From Bugula neritina (Eukaryota > Animalia > Bryozoa), in the NCBI GenBank assembly GCA_964035545.1, contig OZ037765.1:21080995-21144994 (forward strand): 64,000 bases of DNA, written 5' to 3'. Of this stretch, positions 1 through 15,400 are shown piece by piece; the first letter of the stretch is position 1, and each line of letters begins with the position of its first letter. A program made the position numbers and the translations under genes. The notes below the pieces were generated by a model. That model saw only the letters and a program-made list of their open reading frames with translations. It was not told the origin of the DNA and ran no database searches.

Positions 1-486
1 TATGACTGTATCATTGATTTTGCTTCTAAGTCTTACTGTAATGCTACAATTATGGCTTTAAATTGTGTCTCTGTAAAAGTATATATTTCATTATTTGCAT
101 ATTTCTGTTTCTTTGCATACTGTATTATAATTTAGTTAGTTGGGTCATCTTTAATAAAATAACAACTTATACTAAGTCTCATTTTGCTAGATTTTTACGT
201 AAACTATTATCATAATGACAAAATTTTCATGATTGTCATGCACTTTGTGCTACATTGAGTTTTAACGTTTTATTACTAGCGTTTTTAAAGTGTTTTGTTT
301 ATTGCAGAAAAATGTCACAAGAGTTTTTATATCGTTTAAAATTATAGGGCAATCATGAGCTTTTAGTCTCAATAAAATAAAAGTGTTATTTCATTTACTT
401 TTTAATGCTTGTTTGTTGACTTAGGGTTTTACTATATTTTTCAATTGCATTTTAAAATTTAAATTAGAACTTTATTTATATTGTAG

Positions 487-3400
487 GTGGGTAAAAGGCT
501 ATGATGGCTCACGTGCTAGATATATTGACAGAAGTACCATCGTATATACTTGTGGAAACAATGTAAGCTTTATTAATGAAAATGGAACAAGCTCTGTTTT
601 TACAAGTCCAGGAGAAGGGGTGGCCTGTCTTGACGTCCATCCTCTTAATAAGGTCTTTGCATTTGCTGAACTATGTCTCAATCCGAGAATCTTTGTTTTC
701 AATTACCCAGACAAAACTCTCATGTCTGAGCTAAAAGGTCAGTTTATGTTCTATTAATATATTGTTTGACGTATTTATTTTGTAAATTTCCAAGTTATTT
801 AATTTAAAAATTTATTTCACAGAATAATGTTAACTTTAAAAACTTATTTTAAACCTGTGGTAAAAATCGTTTTACATCATGTAAAACACATTCGAGTCTC
901 TATTATACAAAGAATATTTATAGATGGAGCTCAGTTGGAATACAGTAACATCACATTTTCTTCTAGCGACTTTCTTGTCAGCATTTCTGGTGTGCCAGAT
1001 TTCAAGCTGTCTTTATGGTAAGTCAGTACCACTCAGCATTGAACTGGTGAAGTGTTGCATGTCATAGTTTTTGTTCATTATCATAATCAATTGATAACGA
1101 GGTAAAGTTTTATATGCATTTAGCAAATCTCAACTTGGTGGTTATTAGAGATATTTATTAAAAATTATAGACAAAATATTTACAATTTCAGAACACAAAT
1201 TATCTTTTTCTTTCTGTCTTGCCAAAGTTAAAAGCTTAATAATGGTTCTTTCAATATCAAGTACGTCTCTACAGTTAAGGAGTAAATTCAATTGTTGTGA
1301 GATTATTATTGAATAAATTTACAGGAATTATGCAAACGGAGAATGTCTTTTGACGGCTCCAGTAGTTCCTGAGAAAATCTCCAGCGTGGTTATCAATCCA
1401 GCCAACTGGAGACAGATTTCTGTAGCGACTGACTACAAACTCTCAGTTTACACAGTAGAGCAGAGCGATACTCAATACAGTGCACTCAGCAGGTGATTCT
1501 GTGCATTTCCTCATTTAAAATATACTGACAATAATTCCCATATCAGTTCTTATAAATTTCTCATTTAAAAATGTTATGTTTACCCATTTATACATTTCAA
1601 TTGTGGATTTGCAGTAACATTTTTTAAAATTGCGCTTTTAATTAATAATATAGCTGAGAGATCTTATTTTTGATTTGTTTTTAGCAATATCAAGCTGTTT
1701 GTTGGTGACAAGCAGACGGACGCTGTGGATGATAGTGTCTCACACAGACATGATGCTATGGCAGTGCATAGGCTGGAGTTAGACATGGCTCCATCAGCTA
1801 TAGCTGGGTTACTAGAACCAGAAGCTGAGAGGTTTGAAGATCATAAAGATTCGCGTATAAAATGTTCCCCAGTATCACAATGCTGGACCCCAGCCGGAGA
1901 TATACTAGTAGGGTGTGAGCAGGGGCAACTATTGCGGGTTAGTTTAGTAATGTAGCGCTTCTTTCAAATACATTTTTTATTTTGAAAGAAAAATCTAGAA
2001 CTTCTGTCACTTATGTCATTATTAAACAATCTGACGCTCTGGTTAATTGGAGAATTAACTGTCTCAATATTTATGTAGTTCGATGGGGAGAGCAAACAGC
2101 TGAAAGTTGTGTTCTGTCCCAGCATGCCTAGCCAGGACGAGGTGACTCGGGACGCTAGTATTATCAGAGGTGCCTCTTTGCTGTCTAAAGATATGACAAT
2201 CATGGAGGAAGATTTCACCATAGCTAACAGCGACATCGACTCTCTACTCACTACTGGTGCACTCAACTGCATGGCTCTTCATAAAAAGGGCCTCTACATT
2301 GGTGGAAAGGTTTGCTAATAATCCATCGCATGTTTTTTCTTAACTATCACGCAGAATTTAAGTATAATTTTTCTAAAAATACTTATAACATCGTTTGTAA
2401 ATTTCTGTGTTTTTTTTATCAGTTGCTACTATTATGAGCACCGCGACTAACTCAACGTCTGCTTTTACTTTTTTATCGGTTGACATAATAGACGTTACAG
2501 TTGACTAAACCAAATTTGACATGAAATATGCACACATTTTCTATTAACCTTCACATTGTAAATTTTGTTGGTATTTTAGGATGGCTACTTGAGATGCATT
2601 TCGGTAACCAATGACAATGTGCAGTTGCTAGACAGCTACAACATCGGAGTAGAGATTTCGTCTCTAGACTTTTCCACCAACTGGACTCACTTGAACGTAG
2701 GCAGCGCTGCAGGCTGCATGTATACGTACGACGTGAATGCACCAGGGGCAGCAGCTCTTGTTATGAATGAGCACAGTGGAAACTTTCTTGGTGTACAATG
2801 CCTGGCGCCTGGCTTAGAACATGCTGTGGTTAGTAGACATGGTAGTATGGTACGCAAAAGTAGGTTTTTAAAAAGTAATTAGTAAGTTCATTTTTTAAAT
2901 TAACAAAAAGTGAAAAAAATTTGAATCGGAATAATCACATTGTTTTTCATTTATTAGATATTCTATTTTTACTTAAATTATTGCTTTGATGAGAAATTCT
3001 GTGCTAACGACTGATCAATTTTTTACTGATTCATTTGATAGACTGTGAGAGACAATGGGGAAATACAAGTGTGGTCGTTAAACGAGGGTGTCCTCTCTGG
3101 GTCTATGAATCTAGGAGTTGAGCCAACAGCTATTGCCTGCAGTCCAATAGCTCCTGCAGCTGTTATTGGAACAGCCTCCGGGTTTGTCTTCATCGTTGAC
3201 CTGAGCGACCCTAAACAGTGTAGAATAATTCAGAGATTTCGGGCTTATAACAAACCCCTCACTAGGATAGTGTAAGTATTGCATTTCATTTGCCTATTAT
3301 TTGTGCGTGCGTACACACATTGCTGCCGTTGTGGTGCAAAGTATTATTATACAAAATACTGTTGTAAATACTTTTTTCTAATCATTTTTATTATATGTTA

Positions 3401-6400
3401 TCAGATTCAGCTCTGACGGTTCTTTGTTGTTGCTGGGATCAGATGATGGAAATGTCATTATGTTGTCTGGATATGCAACGCAGGCGTTCAGACCTCTATG
3501 TTTTACAAGTAAGTATGTCTGTTAACTTACCTCAACTTGACCTTTGGTAGGATAATGGTAGTTGTTTTCCCATGTATATAGTATATAGTATATCCAGGTT
3601 GTGCCTCTGCTATAATCACAGTTTATTGTCTCAGGTCTTATACACCTTCTATAAACAAGTTGATGTAAGGAATTTTTTGTATTTTTGTATTGAAAGCATA
3701 TAATATGAGCAAGGCTTCGATTTAGGAAAGACAAACTTTTAATATCAATCTAGCATTATTTAGCATGTAAATGCAACGTTCATAGTGTAGATGAGTAAAA
3801 TTATGTAATACAAACGTGAGCACATCACTATTGCTCTGTCATCACGCACCTTGTATACTGCACAGGTGTGGAGGGAGCAGTTGAAACTATTACTACATTC
3901 ACAAATGAAGATACTAAAAACATACACGTAGTCGTGTCATCTAACACTACTGGAGACATCACTCACGGTGCCAACAAGTGCACTACCTTCCAGGTTACAC
4001 CAGCGGTTCTTGCAGGTAGCTTTCTTCAGCTTCTGGTCTTTGAGAAATGTTTTAGTTGCAGAGTGTTTCATTGTTTACTGTCAACCGTTTGTGAGTGTTT
4101 ATTTTGTTAATACATGTGTTAGGAAAATGAAAGTTTTACAAATTCTTAAAAAATTTAAAGACCCAGACACTGCATCCATCATCACTTTTAAATGTCTTGT
4201 TGCATATCGGCTCTAAATCCTTGTTGGTTGATATCTAATCATCACATGAAAGATGACTCGAAGAATATTTTAATTTGTTATTCAACTTTTTAGTTTTGAA
4301 GTTAGCACAAACTTTCAGACCCGGTTTGTACCAATAAAAATATTTGACAAAAGTTACCATATTCCAATACTAGTTTTGAAATGTAGTCAATATAATCTAT
4401 ATAAGTGTGTAATGCATGCATCGCATTATCATAGAAGTCAAGACTTGGTTGTAGATGTAGAAAAGTACTACTCCAGTCTAAAGGCAGATATTCAAGATGA
4501 AGCAATCAACAAAATAGTCTTCAACTATGCTTCACCTTCTTACGGGGCGTGTCTCATTGGCCCCGATGTGCTCTACTCACTTGCCCAGGATTCAAAGAAG
4601 CTCCAACGGCTTATTATCCCAAAAGAAAAGCCTAAAAAGGCAAGAATTCTGGCTTTAACTAAATGTTTAATTTATAGGAAAACTAATTGAATACATGAAA
4701 TTAAAGACTTTGTTAATATATTCCAGCATTTAATTTATTTAATTATTATTCATTGTCAACTGATGTATGTGAAGTAGAAAAATTATTTTATTCAATTAAT
4801 AAATTTAGCCTTAACAGATTTGGTATTTTTTCTAGGCCAACAGTAAAGATTCTTTCATAATGCCAGAAACTGAAAGTGCGTCTCACCAACTTCCTGGAGG
4901 GAAGATTGTTTTGTCACCTCATGGCAAGTGGGTGGCATCTGTCGGAGCAGATGGTAAACTTCAAGTGAGAGCAGCTGCTGTTCAGGTCAGCATGATCTAC
5001 AATATAGTTACCTGTAAAACTTGAGATTCCATTTTCTTGATCTCACTTGAAAAGTATTTCTTTTAATGTTTCTATTACTTTTTAAATTGATTTCATTTAC
5101 TGTCTTCACGCTCTATCTATTTATTAATGGAAACCACTAATCCTTATGCTATACTATATTATTTTGTATTACATTCAACAGGAACAGGTATGAGCTCCAA
5201 CAATGCATTCAGTTTTTGTGTTTGAAATTTTGCACAGTTTTTGATTTTGTTTGTTTCAAGCATTGAATTGTGCCTGTTGAGTATTAACACGCTGTCACTG
5301 TAAGCTATTTGTTGGTGATTTTTTGTTATCATTACTAATGGTAGACAAGTAGACGGTAGTGTGTATTCTGTTACTTCACATGTAGAACTTATTAGCTTAA
5401 TTAAATAATTTGAAATTGTCTTGTCTTACATTTTTTTTCGTCGCAAAAAGAAATTGTGGGCTGCTTATAGAATAAAATGTAATAATTCTAAGTATTTTCA
5501 CCCATGAAAACAATTTTTTTTAAGTCAGCCAGCTTTGGGCTCCATCTAAGAATTTGTATTAAAATGTTGATAAACGCTGCTAAATCTAATTAATGAATAA
5601 GTTTGATGCTTTTAAGTATTTGAAAACTCCATTCTGATAAAAAATGTGATAAATCCTAAAGCTAGTTGTTTCGAATTAATAGCAAACCTACGTCAATGCC
5701 TAGTTTGACCTAGTTAAAAGTAAAGTAAAATGTTGGGTAGTTACCTCAACTTCATAAGAAAGCAACCTTTCACTGACTTCAACAACAGCAGCTGCTCCGT
5801 ACCTGGCAGTTAGTTTTGCTAAAATTTCTTAAGTTTTTGATCGACAAGACAAATCAACCATTTTCATCATATGCATAAATAAGTTACCGCCATAAGCAGT
5901 CTAGCCAAAATTGTTCAGCTTTTTACTGAATCGCTCAAAAACTTTTGAAATTGAAAATCAGAACTTATAGATTTTGGTTACAATTTACTTGACTTTTTGT
6001 TGGTTTAGTTTTATTCAATGCAGCCATGTGGTGAAGATATGTAAATAATAAAAGTTTAGGGCTAATACATTTTACCTGTGTGTACATTTAACATGACATG
6101 TTGAGCAGTATAATCACACCTTATATGCTACTTCTTGTTGTTTGTTCATGAAAACATATTGCAGAGCTTTAATCATTAGAAAATGAGTAGTTTGTGTAAT
6201 CAAGATCTGCACTTGAAGGTTTTTGTGAATAAAATCCTTGAATTCTGCTTTGTTTAAAAATTCTTGCATTAAAAAATTGCTTCCACAATAGAAAGGGTTA
6301 AAGTGTTGTTTAAATTCATGATCTATGGTTAAATAATATTATTTAAATAATACCTTTCTGCCGATTTTATCTTCCTATATCGTAGAATATGTGTTACAGT

Positions 6401-9400
6401 GTACTAAACATTATGTAAGCCTCAAGTTTGCTGTGTAAAAATTCCTGGTGAAAGAAGTTTTGAACTTTATTTAAATGACATCAAAATATTTATACTTTTT
6501 ATGGTATCAGTTACACCTGACAGAGGGGTGCCTATTCTGTAATTATTCTGAGCTCTGAAATGAGTCATTTGAAAAGTAAAAATTGAATTTCATCAATAAA
6601 AGTTAGAAAATTGTTATTTGACTGGTTTAGGTTTTGACACCTATTTTCATGGAACAATTTCTATCATTTCAAAAAATCTAATTGATAGCTGCCGTCTTCT
6701 TTAGGCTTGTTTATTCAGATATTTATTCACAATTTATTATCTCAGCCTGTAAGTATATTTTCCAATAATAGCAGACCCTAGTTTTTAATTTCAGGACATT
6801 TTAAATAGTTTAGTCTCTGTAACAATGCTTTTAGCATAGATTTTTATACTAACCATAGCAGTGCATGTCAAATCACACACTTGATACGTTTACAGGATAA
6901 TTTTGTGGAGGCTCATCCACATGACTACCGACATGGTGGGGTTAAGGCCGTCTGTTGGTCAGCGGGCTGTCAGCACCTTCTTACTACTGGACGAACAGAC
7001 GGAATACTCACCTGCTACACCTGGAAGTATGTCTCTAGTTGCTATATTGATATTCTGACAGTTGCATAGTATTATGCTAGTATGTAGTGTAGTCCAGGAG
7101 GTAGAAGTTCTGGTTTAGTATGATATATATTGGTGGATCCAGCCCTCTTTTTGCCCTTGTTTGATGCTGAGAAGGGTATCAGTATAATTGCTATACAGTA
7201 CCACTAAAACCCTTCAAACTAAGATTTAGCATAATTTGATGAAATTCCTAACTATTCGCTCAAAACCTTTACTATTTGTTTTCTCATAACAGTCGTATCT
7301 AAAAATTTTTGAGAGATTATAGAGTAGTTCAATGTGGAAAGATAATATTAATTAGTTATCTTCAATTTCATCATCAGGATGAGAAAAAAAATTGTTACTT
7401 ACTATATAAGAATGCATCTCTTTGAGCTGTTTGACTTTTGTCAATCCTTTACCACTCTTGATTTTATTCAGTTTCACCCCTCACGGTGAGAGTAAAGGGA
7501 ACTCTGCTATGGCACACGCTAAGGCTAGGATGACTCAGATGTCATCAGTTATACATGCCGAGAAAGATGCTGTCAAAGGCATGAGTGATTGGGCACCAGA
7601 AGCTAGCAAGACTTCCATGGAGTCCAGCCATGTAAGTATATGAATAGATCTAACCTTCTTTAACTTCATTTAGTATGTAGTGGGTAATGTTATAGTATTT
7701 ATTTTTCAAGTGCTTACAAAGTTTTATTTATGAAGTTGTAGGAAAGATTAGATACAGTCCTACATGCTACTTACTACTTAAACTTTGTACTGTATATTCT
7801 TTGACAGTAATGTAAGGTGCAGTGGAACAAGTGTTAGAGATAACTACATTGAAACTTGACGACTTTGCTAAGAGCAATTGTTCTGAATTATTACAATATG
7901 TAACTTATCAAATGTGTCCACTCAATACCAGAAAAAGCTATCTGTACCTTTAGGCTATTTGGATAGAGAAGAATGCCTAAATTATCATTAATTCCAATAG
8001 ATTGTGTGATAGTAACAGAAAAAAACATATTAAATATTGGCTCAGTAGTAATACTAATAGATATACAACTTCATTTTATTGTATAAGTGCTTTTTTTACT
8101 TTGGCCACTTATAAAATATAGCTAAACGGAATTATTAATTCTTACCTGTGTATCGCTTGCTCTGCAATGTCTGTTTGTCTCCTAGCAAGGAAGTCCTGCA
8201 GAATCTCCAGCTCTCGAAGATCAGGTAGCACTTCCTCCTTCCCACAATGCCATGCTGTCTATTTTATAGATTTGTCAACATTTTTATTTACTCTTCCGCG
8301 CACTTACCCTTCCATAATTTGGTGTTTGCCACGTGATCTTCTATAAATTTGACATCTCTCGCCTGTTGACACTAGAATGTGCTTTTATCTAAGCTTCAAT
8401 TGTTTAAAATAATCTGGTCATTTATTACATAATTACAGGTTCCTGGCTGAAGTGTGATTATAATTGTCTATAAAACTAAGCTACTAATTCGATTATTCCT
8501 CACCTCAAGATACTTTCATTGCTCAATATGGTTTTATAAATATCATTTGTTTTGCAAGTTTTAGTTTGTTTTCAAATGTCACCTTTAATATATTCAATCA
8601 TGTCACAGTATAGTTTCGAGTCGCATCTTTGATGATGACTGAGTCATCCTGTATGGTGTGGAAAGGTGATGTTTGAAACTTACTGTTTTGTAAAACTGTC
8701 ATTTGACTTGAGCATAGCGCAATGCCATTAACCTGTCACTACATCTTGTGGAAGAAAACGTGATTTTAAACGTATTCAATGGGTAGTTGTATGCTAGAGA
8801 TTCATTCTGATTATAAGCTGAATATGAGAATTAGAAAATAAGAGCTTGTTTAATACCATCAGCAAAGAATTGTCAAATTGAAAACTGGGTTTCAACTTGT
8901 ATGTTGTAATGACAGTGCTGTGCATGCGACGGTATTATGCTTTATTTAAAATAAGTTATTGCGTTTTATGTAGTCCACTATGTCAAACATTGAGAGGGCT
9001 ATCAACAATGACGAGATATACAGCACCCCCACCCCTCTACCAAAGGCAGACACCACGTGGATTGAGGCTAGGGAGATTCTGGCTCATATTGACGAAGATA
9101 AGCAATATTCTGAAACTAAGAAAGATCTTCGATATGAGATCAGAGAAGTTCGGAGAGTGGTATGTCCCGTCACATTATGTCTAGCACCAGAATTACTTGT
9201 TCTCAGTCTAAAAAGCTCTTTGTTCCATTTATCGTCATATTTAAAACATGATGTTTTTGTTTTGATAATGTATATATGAAATTAGAATATGGAATTATTT
9301 GTGCACTAAAAGTGACTGTCTATTGCAAGTGGCTAATGTGGGCTTTTAGTTGCAAGGTTTGATGGAGAAGAATAAAACGGTGCCAGATATAGAGAAACTG

Positions 9401-12400
9401 CAGCACCATGACTTTGACCTGGATGTTGACGAGCAGCACCGACTACAGGCTACCGGAGATGCAGAAGTGAGCAGGGTAAGTATTGCTTCACCACATAATA
9501 ACCTGTCAATACATTGCCATTCTGTTTGGGTTAAGATTGTGTCAGTATAACTTGACTTCAATATTTTGGAGTATATATTTTAAATATTAGATTATTCGGT
9601 GAAAGATGTTTTATTTATTATAAAACTTTTTAATTATGCTCATATACTTTCAATCGGGTATAACGTTTGTAATGTTAGATTCGAGAGGCGATGGAGATGG
9701 AAAACCTCGCTAAACAGTATTTGACTTACCTGATAAAACAAGAGTGCTGGGACGCAATGGAGATTAAAGGTCGGAGTATTGAGGTAGGTTATAGATACAC
9801 TGAGGTTACACACACCAGTTATTTCTTAAAGCTTTCTTCAGTGCTTTTTTACAATTAGTTACCTATTGAAAATGGCCAGTTTTTACTTTATCCAACTTAG
9901 CCAAGCATCTTCACTGACACTCACATTGAGACTAAGATTATTTTTGGATCAAAATCAACTTAGCAATAGCTTAAGCTTGACTTGTTGTCCTTTGAAGTAG
10001 TCAATGGCTGGTAAGAATGAAAATAGTGACTAACAAAATTATGCAATTTAAAAATTTTACTTTTACTTTTAGCACCCTTTGAGTAAGTTATTTAATATAT
10101 ATGAAAGCAGTTGTTAGATAATAATAAAAACATGGGGGAGTAATTATTGCTAGTGAGTGTACACTGAAAATGTGCTCAGAAAAGGATTGCAAGACAATAA
10201 TTTTGTGATATGCTTGCGTTTTATGATGCAGAAAAATTTGGTAAGTTGATTACTTGGCCTAATCAACTTTTTGTCTAAATATTTTAAAGCTGTACACACA
10301 CTCCTACAGTGATTTACAATATTGACAGTGTCTTAGTTCTTTCTCATTTTCCAACAGAGAGGGTTAGACTGTCCATTTAGACTGCTTGATACTCTTTCAC
10401 TGGGTGTGTTGATGAATTCCAGGGGTTTGACATTCTATTGGAAGTGCAGAACTATCCCATGCAGAAGAGGAGCAGAGCGGAGTTAGATGAGTTAGCTAAG
10501 GCTGTTGCTACGAGACGAATTGAGATAGCTGAAGCCAGAGCTAGGGCCGACATGGTGGAGATGCCAGTACCCAAACCTTCCCAGACAACTGTAGGTCATT
10601 TCGTGTGTTACGTGTGCTTTCTTGATGAAATTATATAGTTTTAAGTCAAGTCAATCTTTGTTGCTTCATATCACAATAAATAACAAACTATTGGCTAAAC
10701 ACAGTATTTGCATTTGGATTTATGCAGTTTGTATGAATGTGAAATATTTAAACAAATATTTTAATTTCTCTGTTGGTGTTGCAATGGCTCAGTATAACTT
10801 TTTCATTTAATACAAAACACTTTATATTATGATAAGAATATTAGTTAATTATGTAGTAAACTTGTGATTTGTTAGATTGGTGCTGATGAAGAAGGTGAAG
10901 ATGATGAGGGTGGTGAGAGGGAGGCCCCGTCTATCACTGGGTCGATGGGTTCTCTCTTTGGAGGTAAAAGTGACCTGTTTTACAATCAGTTTGAACTTTA
11001 CAACAGAGAGCAGAAAGTCACGCAGATTATTCTCCTTAAAGACGCCATATTCAGAATCAAGATGACCTTCAACAAGGAGTTTGATGAAGTGCTGAGCAAG
11101 AAAGAGCAAGAACTGTCTAAGGTAAGTCTACAAAGTATATGTACAGGCAAAGTATATACACAGTTGTATCTTCAGTTATCATAGTTTGTAAAAATATAAC
11201 ATCGCGAGCTGCAAACAAATTTTAGAACTGAGCTTTTGTTCCTGAAAGCAGCAGAACATGTATCTGAAAATGCAGTTATAGTTAATGGTAAACTTATTTG
11301 GTGTTTTGCTAGCCTTTTAATATACTATGGTGTAAAAACTTACAAGATCGTTGTGCTAGTGTGAACAATACTGATTTAGATTGCTGAAAAGAACAAAAGA
11401 ATATCTAAAATTTATGAAGATTTGAACCTGTCTGATGAAGTGAAGACACATAGCATTAGCACCAAAGAGAAGCCAGAGCTTCTGCTGGCTGTTGATGATA
11501 GTGAGGTTAGTTTAGACTGAGCCCCTGCTAGATATGTTGTTATTCTGTACAGCTCACAGGGTTGCAGTCTTTAAGAAAATGTATTATCAGAAAAACACTT
11601 ATTAATGTATCATTGCATAAAGTTATACTACTGTTTAAAATATCTAGACATGACTTGTTTATTTGTACGATTATCCATAATATTAGTTTCAGCTGTGTAA
11701 ATCTTTTAAAACAAAAATCTATTGTCATTTCTCTGTAATTTCCTCCCCCTTCCCCATTAACTAAAAGACACTTTTATGATGAATAGGTTATATTTTTTAG
11801 TTATTATCTAAGCTTTATCTGCCCATTCGGCTATTTTGTTTTTAATTTTGCTGATTAATATAAAATTGAAAAGATGAATTTATCATTCTGGTACTAAATT
11901 GAGATATAATAAATAAATCAGGTGACCTTATGCAGAGTCTAGTACTGTCTATGTACTGTACTAACAGTATATATTTATCTTGTTATGTGTTTAGGCTTTA
12001 TACACTGTAGTGCAAAAATGTTTATTAAATGCCATATTACACATGTATTGTAAGTTTTAAATTTTTTAACTTGCTTTTGTAAAAATTTAATTAACTTTGT
12101 TTTTATGATGAAAAAGTTATTATTTGTGAATATTTTGCAGGTAAAAGTGGAGAAATACCTCACACCAGAGCAGCAGAAAGCAAAGGAAGAGTTTGAGAAG
12201 TCCGAAGAAGAAAGAAGGAAAAGGGAGCAGGGAGATAATGCGAGGGAGAGGGCTTTAGATCAGATGATGGGCGGAGTTTTGGAAATAAGAAAAGAAGATG
12301 AGCTCAAGAAGGACATTCCAGTTCCAGGATTCATGTTGACCAAAGAAGAAAATGATTTTACAGAAGAAGAACAGAAGTTTCATAAGGAATACGAAAGGAA

Positions 12401-15400
12401 AGTGAAGGAGCTCAATGAAGAGCGAGAAAAATATAGAAAGGTACCACGGAATTGCATCATAGGTTTTGTTGGGTTATCAAATTGTTGCTAATCATTTAAG
12501 CAAAGTAATCATTAACACATAATCATTTATTAAACTTTCCTTTTTATTTGCTCAGCAATGTATATATGCCGATGCTTGCAGATTAGAACTAAGCAGTAGT
12601 ATGAAAAATTGAAGTATGTCATTGTTTTAATCAACATCTATAGCATTAGTCTTTACTTTTTGCAACATTACTGGAAGCTTCTCAGTGGTAGACATGGCCA
12701 GATAATTAGCATGGCTTCTCTAGACTCGATGGTACATTATTTACAGCAACTGGAGGCAGAGTTGAAGAAAATACAACAGCTGATCGCCGAAGCAGAACAG
12801 GCATTCAATGATCTTCTAAAAATGCTGTTTACTAAAAAGTTGAAAATAGAAATGGTCATTTGCCAAGAAGAGCTCAAGATATTAAGACTTCAGTGGGGAC
12901 TGATGTTTGAGCAGTCACTGCAGACATCTGAACAGCAGCTTATTGCTGCCATCGAGCACAAAAAACAACTTAAGGTCTGCTATTTGTAAACAATATGATT
13001 AATGCTGGTGCTGGAATAGCATTTTTTTGTCTAGAAAATTACAGAGTTACTCACATTCTGTGTGTAATGAATATTTTATTCTAACTTGAAATATGATTTG
13101 GGGTTTTGTAGCAATTGGCTGCGGAAGCTTTTATTATTGCTCGAAAGAACGTTGACAACTTTAAAGAGGGCTACGATATACTAGTAGCAGAAGATAAAGT
13201 GATGGATAAAGGATTCAAAAGAGAGTTTGGTGACTTGCCTGCCTTGCAGAATGATCTCTTGTATAAACTGTTTAGAAAAAGACCAAGGTAAAATAGTTTA
13301 TACAAATATCGTGTGTTTTTATAGCTTGGAGTTAAACATAAGTAGCCACTGTAAAAAATTAAAAGAGAAAAAAGTTAACCAATACTAAAAAGGCATGCTA
13401 TTACAGGTTCAGCTTTTTGGCAAAAAGTTAGATTTTTTTACTTTGCTAAACTGAAAAGTTGAGAGGTTTTTTCATTAATCCTACTTTGCTCTGTTGATCT
13501 ATTATGTTTTATGAGGTTTACTTACTATTTTCAGGGGCACAAAACTCCTGCATACCAGAGGAGAGACGCCGATTCTCGACGCAAACAGTGGAAATCCTTT
13601 CGCTGAGAGACCTTCCACTGCCCGACAGAACATGATGCAGAGACACTCACTAGAGTCAGCTCTTGTTGACCTTGATAAGCCAATCAACATGCCTGAAGGG
13701 GTTGATGAGTCAGCATGGCAGCGCCTATGTGTTTATAGGAAAGCTAAAATTGAGAGTGAAATGCTGGTAACTACTTAATGATGTGTTAAAGTCATATTTG
13801 TAATCAGCTGTCAAAATTTACAGAAATTTAATTTTTAATTTCATTTTTTCTAAATTTAAGAAAATATTTTATTTGAGTGCGGGTCAATTGTGGGCTTATT
13901 AAAAATTTGACCGTGGCCTTCATAAACTCAGGATGACTCATGTTTACAGTATTTGTGATGCAAGTAGCTTCAATAAAGTGAACTTTTTGAGATGATTGCA
14001 CTTTGGAGCTGGTGAAAATGTAGCTGTGAATGTTTAGGTTAGACAGAAAGCACTTATAATGGCCGAGATGATGTCATTTCAACAAAAGAGGCAGGATGAG
14101 GATTATAAGCTGGCGGAAGAGATTGAAGACTTGAATCAGGAGCTCAGCAAGTGAGTTCTTGTACTGAGATGCACTTATACCACTTTTTATATGTAAATAT
14201 CTTCAGGTGTAGGAGCATAATAAGCTTTGAGTTTAAATATTTGAAGTAAAAAGGCTCTTTTGCTATTTGCATACATATTAAATCAGTACTAGGAGCAGTG
14301 GTGGTCTAAGGGTTAGAGTGTTGGATCAGTAAACACAAGGTCAGTGGTTCATCGCCAATAAAGGCTATTAGTCATGTTGAGAATGGCATTCAGTCACAAT
14401 TGCTCCTTTGTCCCATCTGAATAAGTCCTTTGGCCCGATTTAAAAATCCCTTTTCATCATCAGTGGGATGATGACTATAAACCCTATTAAGTTTTTTCTA
14501 TGTTAAATCGGTACTTTTTAAACAGTGAAGAGATAGAATAAATGAAGTTTCTAGTTCAGCTAAAAAGAATCTCAACTTTTTATTAAAAGGTTACGAGACA
14601 TCTTACAGCGCCACTCCTTAAACATACAAGTGCAGCTGTTGATGAAACAAGGTCAGGTGGAACTTGATGCCGGAAAGTTTATCCACGACTACAAAGACAG
14701 CGTTCTCATTCACCGGGTTGTGGTTGAAGACCTTAATGGAAAAATTAAGGTTAGAGTGAAGTTACCTTGTATCATAAATATAAAGTTTTATGTAGAAGTT
14801 ATTGTTGTTGTTTTGCCATTCTCATCTTTCTGTTTCAATCATTTGCTACACTCTTACTAGGTTTTTATGCAGTATTTTAATCTGTGGACCTATGCTTAGT
14901 AATATGTATTTTATAGTATTTCATGGCAGCTAACAATGAAGCCATTTTTCTGACTACCTATGATTTTAAAGTATATTTTATAACCTATTTACAGGCTTTA
15001 GGAGAGAGCAAGATTGCTAGTATGACAGAGAGTAAAGATTTCAGAAAAGGTATTATTCAGCTGGAATGGGAACACAAGAAAAATCTCATGAAAATCGAAG
15101 ACCTCAAAAACAAGATGAGAATAATAAGTATGATGAAAGTGACGAGAGAAATTCAGGCCTATCTCAGTGAAGAGGATCATGATGCTAAGATAGCGCAAGA
15201 AGTTGATATTCTAGAGCAAACTATTGTCATGCAAAACAAGGTAGGTCATGTGATGTACACAGTTTACAGTTTCAGCAACGTTATACATGGTACACCCATA
15301 TCCTTATAAACAAGAGTTGCACGAGGAACTCTACAAGGATATTCATAGTTTATATTGATTAGTAGGTCATATTAAAATAGTAGCCTATGATAAGGTCACT

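Noticed and set aside
14292-14370. Possible tRNA gene (also 20340-20391)
   Set aside because: No complete cloverleaf and degenerate B-box; continues into a repeat body, so treated as SINE heads.
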